NCBI RefSeq assembly: GCF_040938485.1
Contig: NW_027272270.1
Span: 310,001 to 374,000, forward strand
Origin: Diadema antillarum
Lineage: Eukaryota
Length of the DNA: 64,000 nt
Direction of reading: 5' to 3'
In this document: piece by piece, positions 40,192 through 51,800 of the stretch
How positions within the stretch are numbered: the stretch's first letter is position 1
Layout of the letters: every line of letters starts with the position of its first letter
Program-made: the position numbers and the translations under genes
Notes under the pieces: model-generated
The model's database searches: none
What the model saw: only the letters and a program-made list of their open reading frames with translations
What the model was told of the DNA's origin: nothing

Positions 40192-41064
40192 GCACACGCA
40201 CACACACTCGTGTTTTACTTTCATGGTTTGAAAGTGACTGCCTGCATGCTATTTTACATATGACGAATACTTTCTTTTCCATACTTTTACAAGACTTTCA
40301 TCTTGGGTGATTTTTCATACCTTCTCATATTATTTTGTTTGCCTACTTTGTATCCCCGATTTTTCTTTTAGGTTGGAAAGGAATGTAACCTAATCAACCC
40401 TCCCCCCCCCCCTTTGTTTGTAGGCCTACTTCTTGTAATTCCTCACCTCATCTCTCCTCACTTCTCTTTGCTGTCTTCTGTTCTGGTATATACTCTTCTC
40501 TCCTCTCCTTTTACCTCTGTTCTTGAGATGGATTTGTCAGGGAGGTGGTGTTATCATCCCAAGAGTAGAGTCTTTTCAGTATTAACATTGTTCCTCCAGA
40601 GGCCCCCAACAGCCATCACACCCCAACCCCATCAACCCCCCCCCCCCCCCTCATAGCATTACCAGTTTCCTAATTACTCTTCTGGTAAAGACGGGACTTA
40701 TAATGAATTTACACATCATGTCCGAAAGACTGAGCACGGGGGGGGGGGGGGGGACCGAACATAGGATCTAATACTTGAGAGCCAAGATCTTTATTTGCTA
40801 CACCACAGTGGTCCTGATTTTATTAATTTTATCCTTTTCTCCCCTTTTTTTCTTGTGTGCTCCGGCATTTTCCGAACGCAGGTGAGTGTATTTGGCTTCG
40901 GCGCCAACAGCAAAGGATTCTGGGACCACTACTGGCAAAAGGACGACGGCGCCAGAAATTCCGCTTTCCTCAAGACCAGGGTTCACGACTCCACCCACGA
41001 AATGGAACTTATCACTCGACTAGCCGAGGAGCAAAAGATCACCTTATTCAAAGGGGTCAGGTAG
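22209..41064 (+). CDS. ST3GAL1: CMP-sialic acid beta-galactoside alpha-2,3-sialyltransferase (GT29, ST3Gal I/II type), complete, 348 aa. Exons: 22209-22535, 35204-35394, 35924-36103, 37715-37760, 39154-39273, 40882-41064
   Basis: All junctions GT-AG with matching phases (1047 nt). Type II membrane anchor (TAAVASMLLLCGVVY); sialylmotif L ([41 protein letters not shown]), motif S (PSSGTLGTFFALQFCDEVSVFGF), motif III (HYW), motif VS (HDSTHE); family motifs MYPES and FKILD. It cannot be separated from ST3GAL2 and is probably co-orthologous to both. Confidence 0.93.
23011..23217 (+). mobile_element. Older, degenerate copy of the CAGGGCTCGACACTA MITE
   Basis: CAGGGTTCGACATTAG ... GTTAGTGTCGAGCCAC with GGGCCACCAAAA repeats; no clean TSD. 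Confidence 0.7.
23341..23725. mobile_element. Kolobok-like non-autonomous DNA transposon (TTAA|AGGGAT... termini)
   Basis: TTAA at 23337-23340 then AGGGATCGTATAG; right end CTGTACCATCCCT; internally palindromic core (AATGGCTGAGATATCC) shared with 31927-32300. Confidence 0.6.
24060..24407 (-). mobile_element. Partial copy of a second HINE-like family (see 42520-43189)
   Basis: Terminus CTGCAAGAA...GGAAGGTGAACTTGCGAT.CTCA..TGAGCGCGAGACCCC..GGTCTCTTG and interior TCTCTAGAA.CAGAAGTGAT are shared with the 42.5-43.2 kb copy. The left boundary is approximate. Confidence 0.6.
26418..26909. mobile_element. TTAA-flanked foldback MITE with ~130-bp inverted arms (Kolobok-like)
   Basis: 26430-26560 is the imperfect reverse complement of 26769-26900 (CTAGTAACTGATC ... 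GATCAGTTACTAG); TTAA at 26414-26417 and 26910-26913. Confidence 0.7.
27252..27276. mobile_element. Ultra-short palindromic insertion, 25 bp (copy B), 7-bp TSD ATCACAG
   Basis: ATCACAG | CAGGGAGGTGG CTT CCACCTCCCTG | ATCACAG. Confidence 0.8.
27590..27621. mobile_element. Ultra-short palindromic insertion, 32 bp (copy C), 7-bp TSD ACTAGAG
   Basis: ACTAGAG | CAGGGAGGTGGAA CCTCTC TTCCACTTCCCTG | ACTAGAG. Confidence 0.8.
31927..32300. mobile_element. Second copy of the Kolobok-like element
   Basis: Right end CTATACCATCCCT|TTAA; core GAAATGGCTGAGATATCC and its inverted counterpart GGATATTTCAGCCATT; left end decayed. A solo right end also occurs near 16284-16300. Confidence 0.6.
32585..32606. mobile_element. 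Ultra-short palindromic insertion, 22 bp (copy D), 7-bp TSD GCTATAT
   Basis: GCTATAT | CAGGGAGGTG AG CACCTCCCTG | GCTATAT. Confidence 0.8.
36965..37040. repeat. (TA)n microsatellite in sialyltransferase intron 3
   Basis: Seen directly. Confidence 0.95.
37947..38261. mobile_element. Foldback MITE, ~315 bp, imperfect palindrome along its full length
   Basis: Left GTGATCCTTAACTTCGAGGATAAGCTAA pairs with right TTAGCTTATCCTCGAACTTAAGGATCAC; inner CGCCAAGTGTCG / CGACACTTGGCG and TTTCGTCAC / GTGACGAAA. TSD not resolved. Confidence 0.75.
38277..38807. mobile_element. CACTA/EnSpm-like MITE, 531 bp, 2-bp TA TSD
   Basis: TA|CACTGTAAAAA ... TTTTTGCAGTG|TA; many internal GGTGTTAA/TTAACACC repeats in both orientations. 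Confidence 0.8.
39286..40150. mobile_element. Foldback element of the GGGTCATCCCAC / CACGAGTCATACAGCC family, interrupted by a nested MITE
   Basis: Starts GGGTCATCCCAC (reverse complement of the 50389-50400 end of another copy); ~16-bp CCCACGAGTCATACAG tandem units; right arm resumes after 40118 and is lost at a (CA)n tract. Confidence 0.75.
39670..40118. mobile_element. Near-perfect 449-bp hairpin MITE with 9-bp TSD CCTAGTGTC (Mutator/foldback-like)
   Basis: Arms 39670-39887 and 39901-40118 (218 bp each, 4 mismatches counted by eye), 13-nt loop; CCTAGTGTC at 39661-39669 and 40119-40127. Confidence 0.92.
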
Positions 41065-42519
41065 TAGTCGAGAACCAAAAGACGTCGACTGGTTCGCACG
41101 TCGTCATGGGAGTTTCGCACAACGACACCCAGATGAATTACGGAGCGTTTTAAACGTAAATCCTTCCTTTTATTCCTTAAGAATCTGGATCAAAGTTGAC
41201 CTTTGCGCACCAAATGGGGTGCAAGTTGGAGTTCGAAAAGTATCACGTAGTCTCACAATGAAGTCGTCTTGAGATGTATAGACGGACCGTACACAGTTGA
41301 ATATGAACACGGAACCATGAGGGAACCATTATGGCGAGAACTCAAGACTATGTGCGTATAGAAGAAGTTGTCAGTGGATCAACGGAAGCTTTTAACGCGG
41401 AAATTATCACAGCCCGTATGACCATTGACCATAAGGGGCTGTATCACTTACACTTACTAAACCAAGATTATCATTCATAGACGGACATATACGAAGTGGA
41501 AGATATCAACTTCTTTTCCACAAACAGCATACACTGCCGTGTCAGGCACACTGTTTCCATGTTACTGCATAATCTGTGATAGAGATTAAATGCAGCAATG
41601 CTTTTGGGTCACCGGAAGTGCTAGCAGGGGCATTATTTTTCGACTGCAGTACTTGACCTCAATTCAGCTCAAGTCAGCTGTGAACTCGTCGCCGAAATAC
41701 ACATACCATAGCCGCCATCACACTGGCAAAACTTGGAGAAGTTTGACTTTTGAGAACACTTCGCGAAGTTGGCTCGTCCAAACTTCTTTAAGTTTCAGTT
41801 TTTGATGTTTCAGTTCTCGATAAGTTTGGGTCACTGGTACACAGGCGCCAGCAACAAAGAAGACAGCGCGAGCCATCTGACGGGGCACCGCAATTAGGAA
41901 GTGAACGAGTCACTTGACAAATTTTGAGAATACTTGTGTGGGTTCGGGAAATTTCCCTTGTTTTGGTTGGCGTTTAACGAGAAGACATCCGGGGGGGGGG
42001 GAATTGCGTTCAGACTGGCCCAACTTCGAGAATTTAAAGTGCAAGTGAAGTTTTGCCAGCGTTACGCGGTTTCTGTATAACCATCACTATTGACAAGGCG
42101 TCGATTTCTGTGTATGCTATGTGCTTCATGCTGAGGGGATCAGGCAATGGCCCAAAGTATTAAATGTATTCGCAAGCATCACGTGCGCACATGTCCTATA
42201 GTGCAGGTCTCAACATCGTGCGATAACTGTGGGGTCAGAGCTCGCAACAGCTTACAGACACTTGATTTGACATTGTTGCATCAAGAAATGCCGGTAGAAG
42301 CCGTTTGCCAAGATTAACAAAGTTTGTTTTCAATTCAAAATCACGGACACGAGGAAAGTGTACCTATTGCTGCTGTTCACATATTTTAACTCTTGGCCTC
42401 TTTGACCAGGTGGCTGGAGGTCCAATGTCGGGTCGCATGAAATTCTCGTATTCAGTACTAAGTATATTTTTAACAGAGTAACATAGGCTGTAGAAATCAT
42501 GTTGTTGTTGGTGTTGGGT

Positions 42520-43189
42520 TTTTTTGAGCTCGTTTCGAAGGCTCAAGTGAGCTGTTGAGATCATTCGTCGTCCGGCGTCCGTCGTCCGTCGTGCGTGGCG
42601 CGTCGTTCTAAGTTGTAGATAAGCGACTGTGATTTCAAGTTTGTTCATGGCAGATTGTGGATAAGGCCCGGGAAGACCAAATTATGGCCAATTTTCACAT
42701 TTTTATATTCTTTTTGAAAACGCATGGTCAGATTTTATACCAAAGTTGGTAAGCATTATTGCTAGGGTTTACAGTATGTATCTATTCGCCACTTTAGGGA
42801 GCCCCAAGGGAGGAATCTTTCTCTAGAAACAGAAGTGATTAGCCTAATTAGTGCTATGAGTAAGGAAATCTGTGTCCGCAGTTTCTAGTCTGTTCAAGGC
42901 AGGTCTGGAACTATGCCATGTGTGTGTGTGTGGCGGGGGAGATGGGGATAACCAAATTTTGGCATAGTTTGTTCGGTTGTTTTGAAGCCACATATAATTT
43001 TTTCCACATATTTTGCGGGTATGTTTGTCAATGTAATATACGGAGTATACGTATACAAATTGATTACACCTCTTCCCCCAGTTTCCTTCCTATAATTTCA
43101 GGTACCCGGGTAAGAAATAGTCTGCAAGAATGCGTGGAAGGTGAACTTGCGATGCTCACTTGAGCGCGAGACCCCGGCAGGTCTCTTGT
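42520..43189 (-). mobile_element. Helentron-associated non-autonomous element (HINE-like), second family, reverse orientation
   Basis: Exact subterminal inverted repeat GCTCAAGTGAGC (42541-42552) / GCTCACTTGAGC (43154-43165); (CGTC)n tract at 42566-42595; short terminal hairpin GAGACC...GGTCTC; ends CTCTTGT (reverse complement ACAAGAG); T-rich flanks. Confidence 0.75.
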
Positions 43190-43384
43190 GGTGTTTTTTC
43201 TATGTTGGCTAATTATGTTTTGTCAATGCAAATGTGTCATTTTTTTAAATCAGTATCTAACGAGTAAAAGACAAAGAGTGGTTTCAGTATCCAAGGTATG
43301 TCTGGGTTGAGTACATGTATAAATCTATTGTGTAAGGAGAAAGGACTGAGTGCACAAAGGCTGCGTTGATCATCTTTCCCCTGT

Positions 43385-43587
43385 TTAAACGGCTTTCAAA
43401 AGCCGTTTCCAAAGCCCTTTAGAAACGGCTTCCAAAATAGTTTCGGAAAGCACAAATTTGCGGCTTTCGAAAAGGCTTTCCGAAAGGGCTTTCAAAACAG
43501 CTTTTGCGTTTATCAACTCGTAAAAATTCCTTGAAAGCTGTTTGGAAAACCTGTTTCTGCCGAGAAAAAGAGTTGATAAACGCACCC
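43385..43587. mobile_element. MITE remnant, possibly PIF/Harbinger-like
   Basis: Inverted pair TGCGTTTATCAACTC / GAGTTGATAAACGCA; right end CGCACCC|TTA; GGCTTTC(G/C)AAA repeats. Confidence 0.4.
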
Positions 43588-45804
43588 TTAGTCGTGTGAT
43601 CAGTGACCACGGACCTGCATGCCAACACAGCTCTCCATGTTTGACAGTGAGTTCACTGCGTGTGTTAGCATATATGCGTCGTATCATGTATATGTGAAGT
43701 ACCTTACGACCAAAAAAAAAGCGATAATGCCGTGGATCAGGATATCGCCCAAGTTCTGTCACTGTGTGGAGACCTGAACAGACATCGTCCATAGGAGGAA
43801 ACTTAAGTACGAGCTGCTCCGACGTTGCTGGAGGCATTATAATTTCAACTGAAATTGATTATAGTACAGTGTGCATTATTTGTTTTATTACAAAATTGAA
43901 AGAATATTCCTCATGACGTGATTCGCCATCAGATGTCATTCGGACATGTTGCCAACTAATCAAACAAACAGACAACTAAAACAAATCAAAAGAAAATAAT
44001 CAAAATTGAGGACCAAAGCAAGGGTTGGTCACTGGTAGAAATTGATATCAGTCGGTAACTAACGGTGTATGTTAGTTCTGTTTGTTTTGCGAAAAAAAAA
44101 ATGTCTGAATGTTTGGTCAGGTGTGTTTACTCTCAGATCCAAAGATCAAATGTTCAAATACTCAAAGAGCACTTTCATTCCAAATGAGAAAACAAGACAG
44201 TAGTTTGAGCCTCTGTTTAAATAGACATGTCCTCATAAATTGGGACGCGTTTGTTTTGCTGCATCTGGTGACTAAAAGTATTTAAATTAAGGATGGCCGT
44301 ATATAGAGAGAATTATGTTATATAATTATACATAATTATACTTGTAGTCTAGATTTTCATTTTTTCAGAGGTCTTTCAGGGTAAACGTACAGTACCTTAA
44401 AATGACTGAACAAACTGTAATGTTGATGCCAATGTCAGACTTTTTACGCTATCATATTTATTGAAAGCATGCATTTGTTTGTACTATCGAAATGTTGAAA
44501 TTGAAATTACTACGCATGATCAAACTAGCTACTACTGCAATCGAACTACTTTAGACGTCCTTGATGGCTAGTGTTTGTGCCAATTTGTGTTGTTGTTGTT
44601 TTATCTACCTGCCTGTATACAGAATGCAACTCTAATTCGTTATAACTATTATCGTGAAAGCAAAAGCAACGCCAAATGATTGTAAGCGTTGTCTTGGGGT
44701 GGTCTTGGTGTATAGAGGGATGCTTTGGATGTACATTAAGCATTGGGCCAAGTTATCATGTATAAGAGCGTGTGTTCATGGGTGTTATTAATATCATGTG
44801 AAGTTGTGGATGTGCGTGGGGTTTTTTAGGGGCGTTTTATGTGCTTGAGCTTGTCAATTTACGCCAATGTATCTTGCTATCTATGTTGTGTAAACAAAGA
44901 TCTACAGGTCACATAAAATGATGGTGAATGTGCTATTGTGACGTAGTCAGGTCATGTCTTCTGGTAGCGGAACGCAGGGTTTGTAGAGGTACTAGTGGCG
45001 GCGAGAAAAAAAAAAAAGATAGAAAAGAAAAAGTCTTTCCAGCATAAAAATATATTTGTGCTTGTAAAAAATACTGTATGCCTCGTAGCAGCCACAAATT
45101 TGCACGTACAGAAGAAGAGCCACCAGTGTAGTTTTCAGCCACAATAATGGAATCGTGCGCATCCGCGCACTTCACGTGACCTTCTGTCGTCAGGAGGGCG
45201 TGGCAAACTCCTTTTCTTTTTAATTAGCATGCTTGATGGCATCAGGGTTTTATACGAAATCTGGTAAAGAAAAGATTCCAAGGTGATAGTTATTCTTCTT
45301 TTGTCATTACAGCCAGTGCTTCAAGTTTCTTTAGAAGCTGACGAGATTTTTTTTTATCCGCATCCACAATCAAAATAATGTAAGTTCATCGGATGTGGTA
45401 ATATAATTTTATAATGTGGCAAATCGTACATGGCAAACGTCTCCATCGAATTCCGAATCGTCTCCATGAATAAATGCAATGATAATGTGAAACAATCACT
45501 GTCCTCACTTTCCTTAATTTCCATCTAACTGTGTATTTTGATACATGTATGATCTGTCCGAAGAGCTGTAACAATTCTAAATATGTCATTGGAAAAAAAA
45601 ATCGTTTACTACACAGTGCAAACATGGTGCTATGTAAAGAAAACTGACACAGTATAGCGAAGTAAATGCATGATCAGAATGTAGTGCTCTGCTACTTCTC
45701 TATAGCAAAGTGAGAGATATGACTGTGTATATTCCCCGGTGTCCCATGACCTTTTTTTTCCAAGAGTTTCTGCTATATACTTTATTATCCAGGGTGTTAC
45801 TTAA

Positions 45805-48800
45805 TCAGTCATTCCATGGGAAAATCTGGATTCCGAATGGTGCCGGGAAGCGGGTCAGGTCTAGGAGGCCTCCAAAGGAGACGGATTCGCCGGGCGGAAG
45901 TGAGAACTTGACCTGTTGCATGATGGTCGTAAAGAAGAGGAATAATTCCATCTTGGCCAGCTGCTCACCCATGCAGACGCGTTTCCCTTGAAAGTAAATG
46001 AAAAAACAAAGTACATGAAGCATATTAGCGAAATGAATAATTATGAAAAGCAAACCTCAAACAAAACTTCCTTCCTGCTATCAATGTGCGATGTGGCTTT
46101 AAATCGTATAATAAACAAACAAGTACAGGCCCGTAGCCAGGATTTTTAAGGGGAGGTGCGCAGGTCATCAAAGCGGACCTTTGATTACGGTGGCCCGATT
46201 GGGGGACGATGTTAAGGGTCAGTGTAACTCCCTCTTAAACAGATAAGTTTTTCACAAAAAAATCTAGCAAAAAGTATGAAAAGTGAATATTCGGGGAATA
46301 TGTGAATGACTTATTCGTTTTATCTGTCACTTCTTGATCTGCGTGTGCGTCTTCAATCTGTACTAAAGTTTATGGAGGTGGACCTCACGAGGAGAGTGTG
46401 GGAAGGGGTGTCCCGCTCTCTCTCGAGGGAGTTTTTGCATTCTGTAGAATTGAAATTGAACGATCAGGTGCACATTTTGATGAAATGGATCAGATGTCCA
46501 TACTTTTTGTCCATCAGATAGATCAATTGTGATCAGGTGGAGTCTGATTTTTTTTCAAGCACCGCATATAGTGATGGGGTAAAAAAAAACCCTTTTTATC
46601 AACTAATGGGACACTATCTAGAAGACAGAGAGGGGAGAGCGCGCGCGCACTGAGAAATATCATTCATTGATTCTGTACTGATTGGCCGCAGAAGACAGCC
46701 ACTGATATCAATTTTGTATCTCCATATGATTGAAACCCCTCTTCACATAAAACCCCTTTGAATTGCCATCTATACGAAGTGCATGAAGGGGAAAATGGCC
46801 ATTGGGAGGGGAGGGGGGCAATTTACCGGCAGAGAAGGGGAGGAAGTTCTTCGGTTGCTTGACAACAGTCCCATCATCCTCCAAGAATCTCTCAGGATTG
46901 AACTTATCAGGATCAGTCCATACAGCTGGATCACGATGCAGCGACCTTTCATGGTGAAAACACAACATTTTACTCATTAAAAAAAATCCAGAAATATTTC
47001 TTTACCTGCCAAGCTGAGTCAATGCAACTTTCTAATGTGAACTGAATACATGTAATTGAATACAATTGTACACAAATTAAACCACGAAAAAGCTTGTACA
47101 GAATAAAGAGACATGATTTCATTCGGTAGGCCTACATAAATTCCTTCTCGTTGCAATAATCAACACTGCATATCTAAAGGGAAGAAAAAAATGACAAGGA
47201 AACAATGAGGATCACACTTTCTCAGAAAAAAAAGATCATCCCCTTTCTGCGAGTTTGGAGCATATTGTTTATTCTCAGTAGTTCAGACTGGCCCTTTCCC
47301 ACCCCAACCCCTTTGCTATGAAATAGGGCCTGCGCAAATATCAGACAACCACGAAAGAGAAAATGGTTGGTGGGATGTATCTTTGATCTTCACGCACACT
47401 GCTGATATTTCGAAAAATTCACCACGCGCAAGCTGCGGCTGGCTCTTCGCTAGTATCTCTTATATTACTAGGTCGGGATATTTAGGGCTCTTAAAGCTAC
47501 AGTAAAGACTGCAATGATATTCCCGATGTGAAAATAAATCCAATTCAATTCAATTGAATTACAACAACAATGATGATTAGCAACAATAAACATGATTCTA
47601 TAATTATTTACTAGTATTATTGTCATCATTTCAATTGTATTGTATAATTGCGTCTATTGTCACCATTTATAATTATCATCAACATTATTGCTACTTGTAC
47701 AATCATTATGATGATTACAGATAAGGAAGAGTTCATATTTCTCTTTATCTCACTTAAAGCAGAGAGCCTAATTACCAAAGATTGAGCAGTACTTTTGTTC
47801 CCTCGGGTATGTTCTGACCGCCCGCCGAGGTGTCTTTGACCGTCATTCGGGGCACGACGGGCGTCACGGAGGCAAGCCGCTGGATCTCGAGCAGCGTCGC
47901 TTCGGTGTAAGGAAGCTGCCCACGGTGTGATATGGATACCTGCTGGTCTCCAACGATCTATGTGGGAAAAACGAAAAGAAATACAAACTGATGCTAATGA
48001 CGTAGGTCATAGGCATGTATGCTATACAGCTGTATGGCCTATATACAAGTCCTATACTTGTATATCTGTATTTCATACGAAAATTTGAGCTTGATTGAAA
48101 GTCTATTCGATGCAGAGGTAAACCATTACTAACAATCTTCAAATCTTTCGACACAAATAATCATCTTAAATATTACTGATCGGTCACAGGCCCTGTAATG
48201 GCAGAATTTGATACAACGTGAAAAGGTGACCCAGTAGGCTTACAAGTGGCAATTCAGTTGGGAGACGAAAATGATCTCGCATCTAATTCGGAGTTTAATA
48301 TGCTACCTTAAATTTCAGTTATGTCAATCAAGAGAAGAACATTATGGTGCCACGCCCACGGAGATTCCACGATCGAACAGTCATATATGGTAGTCGCATA
48401 GCTTCTCTTCACTCACTCCCGCCCCCTTCTCTTAAACAATTTTGGTGCTACGCCCATGAAAAATCCTCGGTAGGACAGTCACGTCGTAGTCACACAGTTA
48501 AACTCCACACATTCCCGTCCCCCTTCTGTTGAACAATTAATATTGCCACGTCCACGAATATTCCTCGGTCGCATTGTCCTGTTGTATAGTTACATAGCTC
48601 CACCTCACCCATTCCCCTCCCCTTTTGTCAAGCAATTATAGTACCACACGCCCGCGAACATTCCTCGGTCCACTTTACTCATTCCCGGACCCCTCACAAC
48701 CCCCAACCCCCCCCCCCCCCCCCACTCGATTCTACCTTCTTTATCTCGTCATGCACTTTCTGCTGGACGTCGGTATGGACGGCAAGATACTTGATGGCCC

Positions 48801-51800
48801 AGGAGAGAGTGAGGGAGATGGTGTCCGTGCCCGCCAAGAACAGGTCCAGCAGGTCGTAGTGGAGCGCCTCGATGGTAAACGTGTCAGGGTCAGACTTCCG
48901 GTGCACTAGGTAGGCATCGAGGAAATCATGGATTTCCGGTTCACCTGAATAGTTGAATATTGATAATGATATTTGATGAATAGTATTGATCATGCTCATA
49001 TGCACAAAGAAAGTGGGTAGGATATTATGAATGAATAGTGATGATAATGACGATAATGTTGACAACACCATTCTTCAGGATCTAGTGTATATCCTCCATC
49101 TATTATTTCTGAGATAGGCCTATATCAATATCTGACCTTGTTTAGCTTAAAATCTTCATTACATATTACTAGCAGAGGATACAGGTGTATTCTGTAAACG
49201 TTGTAAAGGTTCCGATACCAAAACTTGATTTCATCATGTTAAAGAAAAATTATATGAAGTATAGCAAAAGGATGACAACAAATAATCTAATTCTCAATGT
49301 TAATGAAACTAATCATATTACTGTATTTGGAACTCGAACTATACAGTGTGAATCAAAACAGGAAATCCAACCTTGAAGGGCTACTATTTCATAATCGTCA
49401 GCTATGGAGAGCGCAATATTGGTTGTGAGGAAAGGGGAACTCTACCTCTTTCTATTGATACCTAATTAAGTTGACAAATGTCATATTGTGTGACTGAGCA
49501 CATGAACTTAAGACAGCAATGGCAAATTGCACTTTTTCCTAATTTGAGGGTTATCATTGTGAAGGAACAATGCATGTCTCACTACATGGATGAGATATAT
49601 TAATGAAAGTAGTCAAATTAACAGGCCAGCTTGCATGACTGCAGGTTTGTGTTTAGGGTTTCTTCTAACCAAATTATCGGACATGTGGCCATGCATGTTA
49701 AAGGTTATGGACCATAAAATGTTAGAAAAAAAAAAACCTATACACACAAACAAGCCTGTATTCATACCGGCTGGCCTGTTTATTTGGCCACTTCGAGTGA
49801 CAGATCTCATCCATTCAATGAGACATGCATTGTTTCTCATGTCACATTAGATCACAGCTTCATCCCGACATCTCGACAAACCCATTTCATGAATTTGAAT
49901 GATTATGCAGTAGCCGCTGCATACTACGGAGATTAGAACCAGCACTTGCGATGTAGGGCAATTTGTCAATCACTTACAATGCACATTACACTTCGTAATC
50001 GGGCGGCGGCGGTCGCGGCGGTGATCAGTTGGGATCAATGAAAGATATCTGTTAGTAGTCCATGTGTAGTAGGGCCCTGTACTGACAATGCAGGAAGGTG
50101 TGCTCACCGGATGCACGTCATGAGACCGTCACCTACGAGTCGTACAGCCCAAGAGTCATACATCCCATGACTTATACAGCTCACGAGTCATACAGCCCAT
50201 TAGTTCGACACTAAGCTAACAAGGCCCACGAGACCGTCACATTAAGCCCGGCGTTGTATCTGTCGAACTCATGGGCTTTATTTGCCTAGTGTCGAACTCA
50301 TGGGCTGTATGACTCGTGAGCTGTATGACTCATGGACCTGTCTTCAATGTCGAACTCGTAGGCTGTATGACTCGTGGCTGTCGGTCTAGTGGGATGACCC
50401 CGTCTCACCATCTTCCTGCACTGACCTATAGGCCTACATTAAGTACGAGGAAGAAATTATAATGCTGACATCATTTAATCCAGCAGGACGCTTGGATGTG
50501 GACACTCGAATCACAAATAATTGTACTCACCAGTGGCAGCGTCCAACCTCGCCTGGTGACTCTGGATCTGTTCGTTGAAGAACTTCTCCACTGCCTCCCG
50601 TGACGAGAGCAAATCCCGCCATTTCTTGGAGTATTGCAGGATCGGCCAGGCGGATGGCACAAGCGTCAACAAGGCTCCCTCGCTGCTAACCATGAGGTGA
50701 CGGACGTTTTCCATGAGCTCGCTGGCTGAGTCCGACCCATGTTCTTCTCGTCTCTTCATGACAAGGGAGCAAATGACGTTGGAAGAAGTCACCCCAAGAG
50801 CTGTTCGAGGATCTATCACTGAACCTTCGGTGCTCTGTGGAAGAAATGGTTGAGGTCCCCACATGTAGCATCAATTCAAGTAACAACAGAATCATGTTGG
50901 CTCACAAGTCCTTTTTAAAGACACTATGGACCTGATGTACAAAAACGCTCTCCTTAACAATCTGAAGCAATTGGCGTCCTTAAGACCTGAAAATTAAAGA
51001 CAATGATGATTGATAAATACTGTTCTGTGACCGAACAATCTTTGAAAAACAAAATATATCGGAATACACTGCAGCACTGACAACTATAACGGAAACGCAT
51101 AGTAGCGTTAATTTATGGTCACTTTAAGCATAATTTAATCTTTTATGCCTATATTAGTGATTCTTCTTTTCTCCTCACCCTTCACTTGCACTTCTCGTCC
51201 TTCCTTTGTGTATAAATATTTTAGAACAGTTTATCCTTTCTTTCGTTTTATCACGAAAAAGAAGAGCTCTCATCCTATCAGACATCATTACGCAAAGTGG
51301 AACATATCTTAGAAGAGATGCCAAAATCGAACGTATTTTGCATCTACATGATCTATTCAATTTGTTTGCATATCTTGCTTTTTCGTTTTAAAAAATACCA
51401 CAATCTCTATTGCAGGGCTCGACACTAACTTTATTTTTCGGTGGCCCGATGGGGCTACCAAAATCATCAATTTCAAATTTTTGGTGGCCCGAGAGAAAAA
51501 TTTGGTGGCCCGAAAAAAAAATTAATAAAAGTCCATTTTTTTTTTTAATAAGTCGAACACTCACTGCATGCATTTATGCATTTCCGGCGCAAAAAGTTAC
51601 GAATTTATTGACGCACTTTTCAAAAAATTTTGGTGGCCCGAGGTGGGCCACCAAATTTGCCCTTTTCTGAAATTTGGTGGTCCGACTTTCATTTTTGGTG
51701 GCCCCGGGCCACCGGGCCACCGTTAGTGTCGAGCCCTGTCTATTGTTATATTTTCATTGTACATCGCATAAGGCTACATACTTGCAATTATTAATGCATT

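Noticed and set aside
39669-40263. Two nearly identical ORFs on opposite strands (MVPCVFSASNLY...)
   Set aside because: A consequence of the 218-bp inverted arms of the MITE.
43385-43837. 150-aa minus-strand ORF
   Set aside because: Overlaps a repetitive MITE remnant; no protein family recognised.
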